Shown one piece after another: positions 12,687-26,671 of a DNA stretch of 64,000 bases. A program made the position numbers and the translations under genes. A model generated the notes under the pieces. The model was not told the DNA's origin. It saw nothing but the letters and a program-made list of their open reading frames with translations, and did not search any database. Position 1 is the stretch's first letter. Every line of letters starts with the position of its first letter. The stretch comes from Octopus bimaculoides (Eukaryota): the NCBI RefSeq assembly GCF_001194135.2, contig NC_068990.1:58705386-58769385 (forward strand), written 5' to 3'.

Positions 12687-13562
12687 TGATGTATATGTTT
12701 GCATAAAATATACATGAACACGCACTTGCATTAATGCATACATACATACGAATTTTCGCATATGTGTATGTTCGTGTATGTACGTATATTAGTCAGATGT
12801 GCAGTAAAAAATACGCACTTAAATACAAACATACGTGCATAGTTATGTACATAGAATCTACATTAGCGTATACATATATTTGTATGTGATATGTGTTTAA
12901 GTGTAAGGAATGAAAAAATGGAAAAATTGCTGCAGTAGAAAACGAAGTAGAGAAAGGACAATAGGTATTATATAATTTGGAATTGGTAGTTCCAGTCATC
13001 TGAGTATATTGAAGGAGAAAGCGGTTGTTATATAAATACATACACATATATGCACACGTATATGAATATATATATATATATATATANNNNNNNNNNNNNN
13101 NNNNNNNNNNNNNNNNNNNNNNNNNNNNNNNNNNNNNNNNNNNNNNNNNNNNNNNNNNNNNNNNNNNNNNNNNNNNNNNNNNNNNNNNNNNNNNNNNNNN
13201 NNNNNNNNNNNNNNNNNNNNNNNNNNNNNNNNNNNNNNNNNNNNNNNNNNNNNNNNNNNNNNNNNNNNNNNNNNNNNNNNNNNNNNNNNNNNNNNNNNNN
13301 NNNNNNNNNNNNNNNNNNNNNNNNNNNNNNNNNNNNNNNNNNNNNNNNNNNNNNNNNNNNNNNNNNNNNNNNNNNNNNNNNNNNNNNNNNNNNNNNNNNN
13401 NNNNNNNNNNNNNNNNNNNNNATATATACATACATACATATATATATACACATATATACATACATATAGTACTGGGAATATCGAGGTGTATTTGAAAAGC
13501 TTTCAATAAGTGATTACCTTAAGTATGGGTAAATTTCTTGCATTTTTTCTATTTTTTACATC

Positions 13563-13564
<2 letters not shown>

Positions 13565-13622
<58 letters not shown>

Positions 13623-13761
13623 CATAACATTATTATTGATATTAGTGTTGTTGTTGTTGTTGTTGTTGCTGTTGTTGTTTTCGTTGTTGACGTTGCTGCT
13701 GTTGCTATTTTTATTATTATCTTCATTATCATCATCGTCATCATCGTCATCATCATTATCA

Positions 13762-13811
<50 letters not shown>

Positions 13812-13868
13812 GTCATTGTGGTTGTTTTTGTTGTTGTTGTTCTTGTTGTTATTATTATTATTATTCAT
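13565..13868 (+). repeat. Compound trinucleotide microsatellite (ATT)n/(GTT)n/(ATC)n
   Basis: Read directly. Explains the poly-N/I/L ORFs in the track. Confidence 0.95.
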
Positions 13869-14482
13869 TTCAAGAGATTATTTTGTTGACAGGAAACTGA
13901 AACTCTACGCTAACTTCTGCAACAATGAAAAATACTTTGGCTAAGAAAAACCTCCATGAAAATAATGCCGGGAAGGATAAAGGAAATTATTATGTAAACA
14001 GAACATTTTTAAGCTTATTTCTTATAAGAAAAACAGTGAAATAGATAAAAGTTTCAGGAAGGAAAAGATTGGTTAAAAGATTGAAAAATGTATTAAACAA
14101 AATTGTGAACAACTATGAGTCATTGTAGGCAATTATATAGAGAAAATCATGGTTGGGGGTTTGAGAGGAGATCGAGAGATGTTTAGGGGAAAGCGAGAGA
14201 GAGAGAGAGAGAGAGGTGGGGAGAGAGTTAGAGAGAGAGAGAAGGGTAGAACTGGAGAGATGTAAAAAGTTAAGAAACTGAAGATTAGAATTTGAAAGAG
14301 AAAAGAATGAATGCTTGTGATGATGGATGAATGCAAAGAAGAACACAGAAGATGACTGTAAAGCAATAGGTTAAAAATAAAGATGAATAAACGTATGGCG
14401 TATAAAGAGAGATGCGAAACACACACACACACATACACACACACACATTTACATACAGAAATGTTTATATGTACGTGCGCGT

Positions 14483-14579
<97 letters not shown>

Positions 14580-14804
14580 AGTATCTGTGAGAGAGAGAGA
14601 GAGAGCGGGGGGAACACGATAACGGTTTGCAGGGGCAAGTAATAAAAGCACTAGCTTTATATAAAGAGGTAAGAAGTTGAGAAGGAGAGAGAGAAATGGA
14701 ATGAAGGAGAAGAGAGAGAATTGAAAGAGTGTGCGTGTGTGTGTGTGAGAGAGAGGGGGAAGTAAAGAGAGAGAGAGAGAGGAACGTTGTAAAAGGTAGA
14801 AGAA

Positions 14805-14853
14805 AAACAAGAAGAAGAAGAAGAAGAAGAAGAACAAGAACAACAAGAACAAC

Positions 14854-14887
<34 letters not shown>

Positions 14888-14888
14888 A
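14805..14888 (+). repeat. (AGA)n/(ACA)n microsatellite
   Basis: Read directly from the sequence. Confidence 0.95.
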
Positions 14889-15976
14889 GCCGTTCCATCA
14901 CCCCCACCACTCACCTCACCACCGTGAGTTCTATCGGTAGTAAGAGCTAGACAAAAGAAGTCAATTAAGTTATTAGTTTCCATTTAGCATCAGGAGAAAT
15001 ATAAAGAAGAAAACATATTTACGTATGAGAAACATAACTCTTGTCTTCTTTCTCCATCTCCTTTTGGGAGGAAACGAGTTTTAGGAATTACAAATTTCTT
15101 TCTGACTGTATCTTAAAATATTGAACTCATTGTTCATTATTTTCTCCCATATCACGTTTCGTAAAAACCTGCCTCCGGGATGCTATTCTACGAAGGAATA
15201 ATTTATGATTGATTACAAAACGAAAATATTGAAAATAAATAAAAACAAAATAAGAGACGCAAATAAAACGGTAAATCAACAGTTAGCCTGAAAGTGGCGT
15301 GTAGATTTGCTATTGTTTCTCCCAGAACCAGCTTTATAGAATTCTTGAGGAACAGATATTCTTGTAAGCCTACTGTTCAGATTACCAGAGGCTATCTATT
15401 TGTTTAACATCGTATCTTTTCAATACTGAAGAATATATCCGCTTTGTTGGGCTGAGTTACAGAGAAACACTAGTTCAACCAGAAAATAAGAAACTAATTA
15501 ATACAGAGAGGAAAAAAAATATAAAGACACCCCGCTCTCTCTTCACAGCATCAGTGACGTTCATTCAGCTCTTTGTTGTTGTTGCTGCATTTGTAGTTGT
15601 AAACTTCAGATCAGCCTTGTTCTACTACATCAATGGCCAATTATATTCCCGCTGTCCCTCCCTGACCATCCCACTCTTTCTCCATGGCACAGAGCACCAA
15701 TAAACCGTAATATTTAACGTCCCACTTTTTTTATGACAGCCGGATCTGATCTGGTGGTTATTTGGCTGTTACTACTAGTAGGTCGAGCAACCGGGTAAAG
15801 ATTAGCCTCCCCTGAACGTGTGCTACAGTTTACAAGTGTATTTGTTATATAATCTCTTGACATTTTAAGATTTACAGTATTGTATCCACCAAGACAAATT
15901 CAAACTTTATTTACTTCTTAAGTAACATCTTGCTATCTTGCTATACTATAATTTGGATTATCTTTTATCTTTATCT

Positions 15977-16149
15977 TTTACTTGTCTCAGTCATTAGATT
16001 GGGGCCATGCTGGGGCACCGCCTTGAAGAACTTTTAGTTGAATGAATCGACCCTAGTACTTAATTTGCTGAACCGCTTAGTTGCGGACACGCAAAAACAC
16101 CAACACCAGCTGTCAAGCGGTGGTGGGGATCAAACACAGACAGAAATAC

Positions 16150-16180
<31 letters not shown>

Positions 16181-16323
16181 CGATGAGCTTCTTTCAGTTT
16201 CCGTCTACCAAATCCACTCACAAGGCTTTGGTCAGCCCGAGGCTATAGTAGAAGACACTTGCCCAAGGTACCGCGCAGTGAGACTAAACCTGGAACTATG
16301 TGGTTGAGAACACAGCTGCGCCT
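15977..16323 (-). mobile_element. Full-length family B SINE with internal (TA)n
   Basis: 3' end CAGTCATTAGATTGGGGCCATGCTGGGGCACCGCC, internal (TA)n at about 16152-16180, core GTAGAAGACACTTGCCCAAGGTACC, decayed tRNA-like head. Confidence 0.9.
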
Positions 16324-16357
16324 GTTTGGTGAGAAAACAATGTAGATTAAAATATTT

Positions 16358-16359
<2 letters not shown>

Positions 16360-16427
<68 letters not shown>
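16360..16427 (+). repeat. (AGT)n microsatellite
   Basis: Read directly from the sequence. Confidence 0.95.
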
Positions 16428-16902
16428 CTGTTATTATTGTTGTATTCAAACACTTTATATATCACTAAAAATGACTCACAGGAAATTGAACTCCCGTAAT
16501 TCTACTGATGTCAGGTTCTGCTGAAGATTATAAGACGGGCATATTTCATATTCTTTACTCTTGAATCAAATGTAACAGTTTTGAAGTTAGCCTAACAAAG
16601 CAACAAAAATTCGTAAATTTTACATTGTATGCTCTCATCCTACTGTGTGCTCTCATCACAAATTACTTAATAGTTAAATATACTAACCATGAACAAAGAT
16701 CGTTACTAGTATGATGCTGATTGCAGTAAACGTCTGCCAAGAAAAGGAAGAAAAGTCCATAGTGTTTCTAGAGCAGATCATCCATACCAGGCAAATATCC
16801 TCTTGTACAATCTCTAAATAACAACTATATTTCAGTGACTGCTGTAGCTTTTTCAGATTCTTCTATTTCTGATGCTAGTAAAGCAGTTAGTGTAGAAAGC
16901 AA

Positions 16903-17184
16903 GACGCATCACCGCTGGCCCACTAGTATCCCAAGACAGGCTTCGCTGCTCGTCAATTCGAGAAAGGCAAAATGTCAAGGTATTGGCCGCTCTCTGACAG
17001 ATTTGTGGTCGTGCCTATGGTAGTGGAGACCTCTGGCGTTCTTAGCCCCGGGACTACATCTCTGTTCACGGCTATCAGGGCAGTGCTAGCCCGGTGAGTC
17101 AGCGCGTCTCTCGTCGTCCTCCGGGGCAACGCCTTTTCCATTTTGTCAACTGGGACCATGAGGCAGACTGACAAGTCTTTGTAG
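16903..17184 (+). mobile_element. Decayed 3' end of a CRE-clade-like RLE non-LTR retrotransposon
   Basis: Plus frame: GFAARQFEKGKMSRYWPLSDRFVVVPMVVETSGVLSPG..AR*VSASLVVLRGNAFSILST. Matches the CRE-type C-terminal pattern AAxxxExxKxxxY..FxPxxxETxGxxG..QRGNA. Confidence 0.7.
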
Positions 17185-17279
17185 TCAAACCTGTCGTATA
17201 TGGTGTTGTTAAAATTATTGTTCTTTCAGCAAAGGACTGCTGGAAAATTATGGCTTTGTTTCGACGTTCCGTTTCTTTC

Positions 17280-18190
17280 ACTCAGGCCCATGGAATTTAT
17301 TTTGTTTCTTCATGTCTACGAGCAGTCGCTTTATCACTTTGGCTGCTTCGAGTCAAGGAACTTAATCACTCGCGATTTCCAGTGCTTGCACATCGGTTGT
17401 ATAGCTTTTTATAATTGCTTCTGATCTACTGCACTTTGTCTAGTAAATGGATTTCAATCGTTATTTCTACACTATACACTATCGATTCTACTGTAATGAT
17501 TCTCTTCGAATACACCCAACACCGGTCGTTGATGACCACCCCGTTTGTTAATCCTGTTCTTGGTATTCCAGGTTCAGATTCAAGAAATCCGGCCCTGATA
17601 ATGCGTACAAACTGTGTTGCCGAAAAGGTCACAAACTTGTGAGCTGTATACCCGACAAGCGAAAATTATGGATGCCCAAAACTCTCCTTATCCACAGACC
17701 TAATAAATACCCAATCAAGATGCGACGACGATGATCCGATGTAGTTTGTTCAATTCCACATTAGCACATTCAAGGGAATCCATTATGAAGCTGCCAGAAA
17801 ACTGAGACTGCTTAGACAGGTTTGTGAGGCTTTTACAACCACTCTCCTATCGTCTGCTCTCATACAATCTCAGCCTGAGTGAACTCATCCAGTAACTCGT
17901 TACCACTAACGAGTATAACATTCCTAAGAGGTTTAGAGATGCCCGACGAGGTCTATCTATCCTGACCGGTCAGTATGATGTCACTGCATTTGTAATTGTT
18001 GACATCAAGAATCCTTAACTCAAGTCGGTGTTGAGGACGATGGTCCGCTGCCACTGCACTCGATCCCGACTAACTGAAAGATGCGTACACCTTGAAGTCA
18101 TGAGTACCTGCTTCCCCTAAATCTTTACCTAGTTTATGGCTACCGCATCTAAATCTCATGACCTGGGATAAATAAGTTTGTAATTTTACT
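17280..18190 (-). mobile_element. Decayed L1/Tx1-type LINE ORF2 N-terminus (APE endonuclease and linker)
   Basis: Minus-strand remnants in the order expected for the APE domain: DLDAVAIN*VK, VILVSGNELLD, TNYIGSSSSHLDWVFIR (17699-17749), GYTAHKFV (SDH-like), then a linker. Many stops and frameshifts. Confidence 0.55.
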
Positions 18191-18479
18191 CCTAAGCTGA
18201 CCGACAAATTAAATTGAAAATAAATGGGTGAGTTTATTTACCCCATCTTTAACTAAAGCAGGTAATTCAAGTTTCGAGATTTTTCGAAAGATCACCATCA
18301 GCATTGCTGAGGCGAATTTCCTTTTGAACTCCCCTAAGTCATGTGGAATTTTCAGCAGTAAATGTTATTAGAGTAAGTGTTATTCGTGTGATGCTTTCTT
18401 TACTTCTTCGTTGCTTTGTATTACAAATGCCATCATCTTTCTGATCTATTTATCAGAGAAATGAAGATGAAACTTGAGG

Positions 18480-18572
18480 TAAGCGAGATTTGAACTCAGA
18501 CTGTAAAGAAACAGAATGAATAACGCAAGTCATTTCGTCCGATGTCCCAATGACGTTGCTAACTCGCCACTT
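18480..18572 (-). mobile_element. Decayed family A SINE head
   Basis: GATTTGAACTCAGA..CATTTCGTCCG..GCTAACTCGCCAC. Confidence 0.65.
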
Positions 18573-18824
18573 GGCTGGTGTACTGTGTGGTAAGAGAACA
18601 GAGTGTAGTGGCAATTAAATTGTAGTATTGCTTGTGTTGTAATATATTTACCATCAAACTTCCTCTTGTTATTACAACGAAACCGCTAAAGGTGAGTCTC
18701 CAGAGATGGAAGCCAACATTAACACACAAGAAATAACACGATGTACCAATGGCATATTCAAGTTAGAACAACTACCCTTAAAATTACGATAATATTCATT
18801 TTACTATCTTTTTTCTCTCACTTC

Positions 18825-20100
<1,276 letters not shown>

Positions 20101-20154
20101 CGTTCTTACTGATTAACACCTTTGATTTTCAACTCACACCTAACAATTATGTGT

Positions 20155-20580
20155 GGTTTATGTGTGTGTGTGCGTGTGCGTGCGTGCATGTGTTTGTGTG
20201 TGCGCGCGCGTGTGTCTGTGTGTGCGTGTCTGTGTGTGTATTTCTGCGTGTATGTATGCGCATGAGAGTGTGTGTGTGTGTGTACATGTGTGTTTGTGTT
20301 CGCGTGTGTGTGTGCACGCGTGTGCGTCTGTGTGTGTTTGTATGTGTATGTGTGCGTGTGTGTGTATGCATGTGAGTGCGTGTGTATGCGTGTGTGTATG
20401 CGTGTGTGTGTGTGTACATGTGTGTTTGTGTGCGCGTATGTGTGTGCACGGGTGTGCGTATGTGTGTGTTTGTATGTGTATGTGCGCGTGTGTGTGTATG
20501 CATGTGAGTGTGTGGGTATGCGTGTGTGTGTGTGTGTGTGTGAGTATGTGTGTGAGTGCGTGAGTGTGTGCACGTATGCT
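20155..20580 (+). repeat. Degenerate (TG)n with an internal ~132-bp higher-order duplication
   Basis: The GTACATGTGTGTTTGTG unit starts at 20282 and at 20414. Confidence 0.85.
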
Positions 20581-21154
20581 ATGTTTGAGTGTATTTTCAT
20601 ATAAGCCAATTTACGATTCTTCATAAGAATGCGATATCTGTTTTACTGCAGGCCCCTCTCCCTCTCTTAATCTCACACTTTTCGCAAATGCATACGCACA
20701 TACACACACATGCACAAGTTCATGCAGAAAGCGCAACCAAATATATAAGAACACACACTCATTCATGAACACATACACACATATGCACATACAAGCACAA
20801 GTGTATATGTATATATGCGTTTATATGTATTACATGTATGTAAGTAGTTATATACGTACATATTATTTTACGTGTATCTAAGAGCATTAAATATATATAT
20901 AAATATATCTTTATATACACGTACATATATAACATATATATATATACATGCATGCATACATACATGCATACATACATACATACATACATACAAGTATGCA
21001 TGCTTCATGCATGTTTATGTATGCAGCATGAATGTGTTTCAATGCGAATATTTATATGTTTTTATTTTATACTCTGTGTGTGTATGCGTGCGTGCGTACA
21101 TGCGTGTGTGTGTATGTGTGTGTGTGTACGTGTGCATGTGTGTGTGTGTGTGTC

Positions 21155-21185
<31 letters not shown>

Positions 21186-21289
21186 ATAGGTAGGTATTTA
21201 TGCATATAACTATATTTATGTGTTCTTTATGTAGATAAGCAAACATTTATGTAGATATGTGCATACATTCATGTACCGACATACAAACA

Positions 21290-21430
<141 letters not shown>

Positions 21431-22526
21431 TTGTATATGTGTGGATAATCCTTTATTACACATTTTGAATGACCGCTTCTTTATTGACTTTCAATAAACA
21501 TATCCTGTAGTAGCAAGAGATAAAATAAGCTTCAAAATACATATATACACACCCACGCATAAATTCACATATTTAGTTATGAATGTCAAACTAAATATCT
21601 CTTCTCTGCAAAATTTAGCTGCCGAATGTGAAGTGAACTCGATAAGAACAACAACAACAACAAGTAGAATAAGTATTGTCGGATTTTGAAACATTCAATT
21701 TGAAAGACACACCTAAATTACAAGAATCACATACAGAGACTACGGACTCATATACACACATATACAAACACGAGCGCGCAGGCATACATACATACATACG
21801 ATCTCACATACGCACATAAACACAGATACTCACATGTCCGTAGTCGGATATAGGTTTACATAAAGATGCTGATACATGTATTATCAGAGAAGCAGTAAAA
21901 TGCAGGTAATAAAACTTATCAAAATGGTAGACTATAAGCCAACGTGAAGCTATATATTCTATGTTTCAATAAAATAAGTGAAAGACAAAGAACAATCTTG
22001 AAATGATAGTGAAACAAGGAAAACATAGTTTCTAACCCTCTTAGTGTTATTCACAATAAAATGTACTAAATTTATAGCCGAGACGTAACTAATACTGATG
22101 TATTCTTCATTCTTAATTCCATACTTTAAGGATATCCTATCTGGAAAACTAAATTATTTGAACGAAATGATTGTGAAATAAACGATAGGCGAGTCGTCCT
22201 GCTCGGCCGGCTGTTTTTCTGCGATTCACTTGGCCGTTTTGGAAATATGTTGGAAGCCATGATGTAAAATAGTCCAGATTCGCCTGGTTGAGTCATCCGA
22301 TGTTTCTGCAATCGCTGCACATTTACATTGGTGATTTTCTTGATAAGTTATGGCACCAACGCTGACCAGTACTGACCAACCGCCTCCGCGCACCACTCTT
22401 ACACAAAGACTCATACGTGTGTGTGTATGTGTATGTGTGTGTGTGTGTGTGTACGCACACAGAAACAAGTACGTCTGTGTCTATGTATGTGTGTGTATGT
22501 GTGCGCATGTGTGTATGTGTATCCAA

Positions 22527-22561
<35 letters not shown>

Positions 22562-22599
22562 GATATATATGCATACATATATGCTTGTGAGTGTGTGTG

Positions 22600-22630
<31 letters not shown>

Positions 22631-22950
22631 ATAATTACATATATACTCACATATACATCATGTGTTATATATATAAGTGTATGTATATATATAAATACAC
22701 ACACACACGTACATACATACATATATATATGTATGTGAATGTATGTATGTATGTATGTATGTATGTATGCGCCCATATATATATATATGAAACTAGGACC
22801 CAGAGAGAGAGAGAGAAAGAGAAATAGACAGACTTACAAAGACAGAAAGGGAGAAAGGAAAATGCCTAATTTATATGCAAATGCGGTCCAGTGCAATCTT
22901 CATGAAAAAGAGAACAAAACAGAGAGATAAAGAAAGAGTGTGTATGTGTA

Positions 22951-23048
<98 letters not shown>

Positions 23049-23362
23049 TCTATTAAGGAAAGTGCTACTAATTATCGTTGGAACAATCAAATTCAGCTTT
23101 TGACCTGAAAGATTAATGATGAAATCTCAGACATCTTTTGACAACTCTGACAATTCGTTGTTGATTAATATCTTGGACTTCCTAACACGGTGCCATCTCC
23201 CATGGATTATCAAACCAATGCTGGCACTCTTTGTGAAGAAATCTAGGGCAAGTGTTCTTTACCTTATGCATTAGCCTGAAGTGGGTTAATCTTTTCCCAA
23301 AACACACAGCTGTGCCCCTTCATCCGAGTGGAAACACAGCAGTTATTAATAATCGGTTCTTC

Positions 23363-23554
23363 TAAGGCGACGAGCTGGCAGAATCGTTAGCACGCCGGGC
23401 AAAAGGCGTAGCGGCATTTCGTTCGTCTTTATGTTCTTAGTTCAAATTCCGCCGAGGTCAACTTTGCCTTTCAGCCTTTCGAGGTTGATGTAATTGACTT
23501 AACACCACTCCCACCGAAATTGCTGGCCTTGTGCCCAAATTCGAAACCAACAAT
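23363..23554 (+). mobile_element. Family A SINE, internally deleted
   Basis: TAAGGCGACGAGCTGGCAGAATCGTTAGCACGCCGGGC..AGTTCAAATTCCGCCGAGGTCAACTTTGCC. Confidence 0.9.
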
Positions 23555-23639
23555 AGGTTCTTCATTTGAGATGTATAAACTTATGCGTATTAGTGTATTG
23601 TTATATGAGTGTTTATGTGTGTGCAAGTGTGAAAGCATG

Positions 23640-24205
23640 TGTACTGACACTCCGTCGGTTACAATGATGGGTTTCCCAGTTGATCTGATCAACGGAACAG
23701 CCTAGGCTGCACGAGAAATTAACATGCAAGTGACTGAGAACTCCATAGACGCGCGTACCTTTAACGAAGTTCTTGAGGAGATTCTGGATGACACAGAATG
23801 TGACATGACTGGCCATTTGAAGGCGTCGAGCTGGCACAAACATTAACGCGTGCTAAATGCTTAGCGGTATTTCGTCTGCCGCTACGTTCTGAGTTCAAAT
23901 TCCACCGAGGTCGACTTTGCCTTTCATCCTTTCGGGGTCGATTAAATAAGTACCAGTTACGCACTGGGGTCGATATAATCGACTTAATCCGTTTGTCTGT
24001 CCTTATTTGTCCCCTCTTTGTGTAGCCCCTTGTGGGCAGTAAAGAAATAAAACTGGCCCTTTGAATTACAGGTACAACTCATTTTTGCCAGCTAAGTGGA
24101 CTGGAACAACGTCAAATAAAGTGTCTTACTCAAAGACAAAATCGAGCAGCCGGGTATCGAACTCACGACCGAATACCCTAATCATTAAGCCACACCCTTT
24201 CACTT
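23640..24205 (-). mobile_element. Family C SINE interrupted by a family A insertion
   Basis: 3' part at about 23640-23821 (ACTCCGTCGGTTAC..TTGATCTGATCAACGGAACAGCC) and 5' part at about 24052-24205 (TTTGAATTACAGGTACAACTCATTTTTGCCAGCT..ATCGAACTCACGACC). Confidence 0.88.
23822..24051 (+). mobile_element. Family A SINE (long-tail variant) nested in family C
   Basis: 14-bp TSD ACTGGCCATTTGAA (23808-23821) and ACTGGCCCTTTGAA (24052-24065). B box GAGTTCAAATTCC. Confidence 0.92.
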
Positions 24206-24637
24206 GTATATGTGAGTACTAATTTGAACATGTCCATCTCTCTATTGTTATTGTTGTGTTGTTCCTTTTGATCGAACAACTGTATAATGAAAAGCATCCC
24301 TTTTTTTTTTTTTTTCATTTTTTCAGGTATATATTTTACCCAGGACTAATTCATTCATTGTGTCCTTACTTTATTCAAACAGAAGAGTGTGGTTTCCGGG
24401 AACTTGGTTCCTATTTTTAGCAGATCGGGCGTATACGTAGGGGATCTTTTATGTGTATTTGTGAAGTGCATGTATAGATACAATGGGCAGATAGCTAGCT
24501 AGCTAGCTGGCTAACGAGAGAGCTAGATAGACAGCCAGATAGATACTATGGAAGAAGGCAACACAAAGGAAGTCATTTAAAAAGACAGAAGGTAAAACAG
24601 ATGTATGACATTCCGTGTGGGAATCTCTTTTAATCAC

Positions 24638-25580
24638 TCCTGTTTTAGTCACCGGACTGCAGCCATGCTGGAGCACCACCTGGAAGGGCTTAGACGAACA
24701 AATCGATTCAGGAATTTTTTCTAAGTCTGATACTTATTCTATCGGTCTCTTTCGCTGAACAAGGAAGTAAACAAAGTAAAGCCGGTTGTCAAGCGGTGCT
24801 GGAGGACAAACACAAATACACACACACGCATGCATATCATTGTCAACTGTGGAACACGAATCTCACTACATAAACCTGATGATTGCGTAATGCACGAAAG
24901 TACTAGTTTATTTCAATATTATAAAGTTATAAATAAAAAAATGTGAAAATCAGATTTAGTTGGAACTTCATTGATCAATATATTCTTCTTTACGCAATCA
25001 GACAAACTGGGATATATGTAACATATGGTATAATTATAAACAGGGAAAATTTTAGCCATTTCTCCGAAGACTGAAAATAATAGTGAACGACATTAATCGA
25101 TTTTCGAACCTTATTGGGTTCGAATCAGATGCGTTTACTTCATTCTGACAGTCTCCAGTGAACCAAACAGCCAAACTGTTTATATACTCAACAAATGCAG
25201 CAGTTACTCTATGAAGGAGTTCCTAATTTGCATACCGAAAGTGTTTAACACTCTATAAATACCAAAGGCCTGTCAGTGGGTATCTTATCCCACACAGTAT
25301 CAAGGTATAAACAGGGCAACTTTTAGCCATTTCTCCACAGATTGTAAAACTGATGAACAACTTTAATCCATTTTCGAAACTTATTGGGTGGTCATCACAC
25401 GCACACGTAAAGGGTTTCTACTTCAAAACAATTTCTGTTTACGAAATTCACTCACAAGAAATTTGTCAGTTCAGAGGTATAGTTGAAGGTACTTGCTCAG
25501 AGTGTTGCGTTGTAGAATTGAACTCGGAACTTCATGGTAATGGAAGCAAATTTCTTAACCAAACAGCCTCGCCTGCGCCT
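24638..25580 (-). mobile_element. Family B SINE split by a ~0.6-kb insert
   Basis: 3' half at about 24638-24830 and 5' half at about 25425-25580, in the same orientation and correct order. Confidence 0.7.
25035..25389. repeat. Imperfect ~85-bp direct repeat pair (25035-25119 and 25306-25389)
   Basis: Both copies read TATAAACAGGG.AA.TTTTAGCCATTTCTCC...TTTTCGAA.CTTATTGGGT, offset about 270 bp. Confidence 0.85.
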
Positions 25581-25638
25581 GTGAAAATATGTGCAAGTAA
25601 TCTTACATAATGATATAGCAAAAGCCACTGACATACAA

Positions 25639-25697
<59 letters not shown>

Positions 25698-25887
25698 NNN
25701 NNNNNNNNNNNNNNNNNNNNNNNNNNNNNNNNNNNNNNNNNNNNNNNNNNNNNNNNNNNNNNNNNNNNNNNNNNNNNNNNNNNNNNNNNNNNNNNNNNNN
25801 NNNNNNNNNNNNNNNNNNNNNNNNNNNNNNNNNNNNNNNNNNNNNNNNNNNNNNNNNNNNNTATATATATATATATATATATATATC

Positions 25888-26108
25888 ACGGTATCTCAGT
25901 GGTTAGAGCATCAGTTCACAATCACGAGGTAGTGAGTTCGATTTCCGGACTGTTCTTGAGCAAGACATTTTATTTCCCGTTGCTCCAGTTCACTCATCTG
26001 TAGAAATGAGTTGTGACGTCACTGGTGCCAAGCTGTATCTGCCATTGCCTTTCCCTTGGATAACATTGATGGCGTGGAGAGGGGGAGGCTGATATGCATA
26101 GGTGACGC
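25888..26108 (+). mobile_element. tRNA-derived SINE, family E
   Basis: CAGTGGTTAGAGCATC..GAGTTCGATTTCC..CTTGAGCAAGACATTTTATTTC..GTGACGTCACTGGTGCCAAGCTGTATC. Second copy at 31598. Confidence 0.85.
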
Positions 26109-26629
26109 AGTGTGGTGAACGATGTGGATTGTTGGCAATTTCTTTCCATTCACCTTCCTTTTCTTTTGGACTTTCCCCTATCTCCTGTTTCTGAAGAAAG
26201 TTACCAATTTTGCCCCACTTACCAATCATCACAACATTTTCCATGCCTTGTGTATCTTGGACAACAATATCCAATGTGCCTTTCTTTTAAGAAGGAAGAG
26301 TGTGATTAGCTCGTTCCTATTTCTAGCAGGTCGAGAAGTTACGCAAAGGTTTTCTTGGGTGACATCGACGGCAAAATAAAAATGCTCGAGTCAAATGTCA
26401 AAAACTAGTTACGTGTTCATACGTGGCCATTAAAACTTTCTTCTACCAATAAAAAGCTTTCTCAAGATACTGTCACATGAAAACCAGAGAACTAGCGTTT
26501 TTGTTGGTAGGTGATTTTTGAGGATGGTTATGACAGATACCAGTTGTTAGAAAGAGAATGGTTTACCATATAATTGTTTTTGAGAAAGATTTTCATGTGG
26601 CTGTGATAGACATTCACATATATTCACAG

Positions 26630-26671
<42 letters not shown>

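Noticed and set aside
18457-18484. Apparent 22-nt micro-exon (AG|AGAAATGAAGATGAAACTTGAG|GTAAGC)
   Set aside because: It overlaps a decayed minus-strand family A SINE, which explains the sequence.
24299-24460. Poly-T tract plus TTTTTTCAG|G resembling a splice acceptor
   Set aside because: Downstream frames stop within about 40 codons, with no recognisable product or convincing donor.
25035-25389. Direct repeats considered as a CRISPR-like array
   Set aside because: Only two ~85-bp imperfect copies, in a eukaryotic context with no cas genes.
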